A stretch of 63,577 bases of DNA, filler included, from Neolecta irregularis DAH-3 (Eukaryota), in assembly GCA_001929475.1 (NCBI GenBank). It is 8 parts of 8 records of this genome, joined end to end, with 100 filler letters (N's around TTAATTAATTAA, not from the genome) between each part and the next. Parts side by side here need not be neighbours in the genome. Positions count along the whole stretch, not along the records: positions 62,461 to 63,577 come from LXFE01002703.1; 7 more parts are not named here. One strand, 5' to 3'. A program made the translations under genes and the position numbers. Of the stretch, positions 62,494 through 63,577 are shown piece by piece. Every line of letters starts with the position of its first letter. The first letter of the stretch is position 1. The notes under the pieces were generated by a model. It ran no database searches. It saw only the letters and a program-made list of their open reading frames with translations, and had not been told where the DNA came from.

Positions 62494-63501
62494 CAGTGCG
62501 GCCATTCCGGCGGGTGGGCGGGCGGGTCAATATTTTCCGGTCTTTTTTGGCAATTTATATAGATGTAATACAAAATTCACTAAATAACAAAAATATCTAA
62601 TATAAAATGATTTTTATCTGGCCATTTGTTTCGTTGGTGAGGTACGCTGCACATACAAAGTTCACGTCGAATCATCCTGATCACTGTGTCATGTGATCAA
62701 AGACAAATATTGCGAGCAAAACTTCGAGTAAAAGGCAATCAATCCACAGTTATACAACCAACCAACGGATTCAAACGAAATGACCACTATTGAGATCAGA
62801 ATTTAAAGTCGAAACTAAAGGTCTGACAACAAACTCAATACAAGAAAGTCAAAGGGGACCTTTCAGGAATTATCACATGGAATCAAAACACATCACAGGA
62901 AATTCAATTACCATCAGCGGATGCGCCTTGACGAGGGCTTTCTTGGGCCTAATGGGCTGTATCACGTGATATCCGATTGTAGCGATTTATCGCATATCTC
63001 AGTGACATGGAACAGGCTCTGCTTGCATCCTCTTACTCCTCTACTCGCTTCCTCTCACTCTCTTGCCCATTACTGCCCCGCCCTCCTCGCCCGCTATTGC
63101 CTGTCCTCCTCGCCTGTTACTGCTCCCCCTCCTCGCTCATTACCACCCCGCCCTCTGGCCTGTTATCGCCAGTCATCACCTGCCCTCCTTGCCTGCTATC
63201 GCCCGCCCACCTCGGCCGTTACTACTACCCTCCTGGTCCGTTATCGTCCCTGTCCTCTCACCTGTTACTGCCCGCCCTCCTCACCCGTTGTAGCCTGCCC
63301 TCCTCGCCCGTTACTGCTCCCCTTCCTCGCTCTTTACCGCCCTGCCCTCTCACCTGTTATCGCCTGTTCTTCCCGCCCGTAATTGCCTGCCCTCCTTGCC
63401 TGCTATCGCCCCGCCCACCTCACCCATTACTGCTCTGGGCGGGTGGGAGGACCTCCCACCCGCCTGCCGGTCGCCCGCCAGGCAGGCAGGTGGACATACT
63501 G
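62494..63501 (+). mobile_element. ~1-kb hAT-like non-autonomous element
   Basis: CAGTGCGG...CATACTG ends with GGCGGG subterminal motifs; CTCCTCGCCCGTTACTGC-type tandem array at 63060-63430; no transposase; no TSD found. Confidence 0.75.
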
Positions 63502-63577
63502 AATTTTTAGCGTTGATGCAGCTGGGTGTCTCATCATATTGTAAGCATTGCAGCATATAAGCTAAATATAAAAGAAA

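Noticed and set aside
60108..63510. Pro/Leu/Cys-rich ORFs of 95-167 aa
   Set aside because: Translations of the GC-rich minisatellite in the non-autonomous element.

Overview
Compact fungal genomic DNA with ~30-45 nt introns and short intergenic spacers. It looks like an early-diverging ascomycete (Taphrinomycotina, possibly Neolecta); this is an inference from intron size, gene content and a U1:A72 initiator tRNA. The window is eight contigs joined by artificial 100-nt N/TTAATTAATTAA linkers, so adjacency across linkers is not guaranteed. Recognisable genes: SUR7-family, SSZ1, WD40-cyclophilin cyp15, RSM22, PMT1, NTF2, HGT1-like sugar porter, AIM21, a BrlA-like C2H2 factor, PEX11-family, Alb1-like, PUB1, ITR1, ADE1, EMC6, UTP12, ARC35, FAN1, GDH2, NUP2, U1A/U2B'', EGT1 and HRQ1. 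There are three tRNAs (His, initiator Met, Arg-CCG), two solo LTRs with perfect 5-bp TSDs, a hAT-like non-autonomous element family, a pogo-like end and several pseudogene relics. Main observations: (1) two conserved genes (EGT1, cyp15) are best explained by GT-TG introns, alongside several GC-AG introns; (2) a two-copy family of secreted PAN/apple-like proteins with NLS-like patches (candidate effectors); (3) a secreted-peptide gene made of symmetric phase-1 micro-exons; (4) a BrlA-like regulator in an apparently non-Eurotiales fungus. Splice models and homologies were derived by eye and from memory of the families, not by search.
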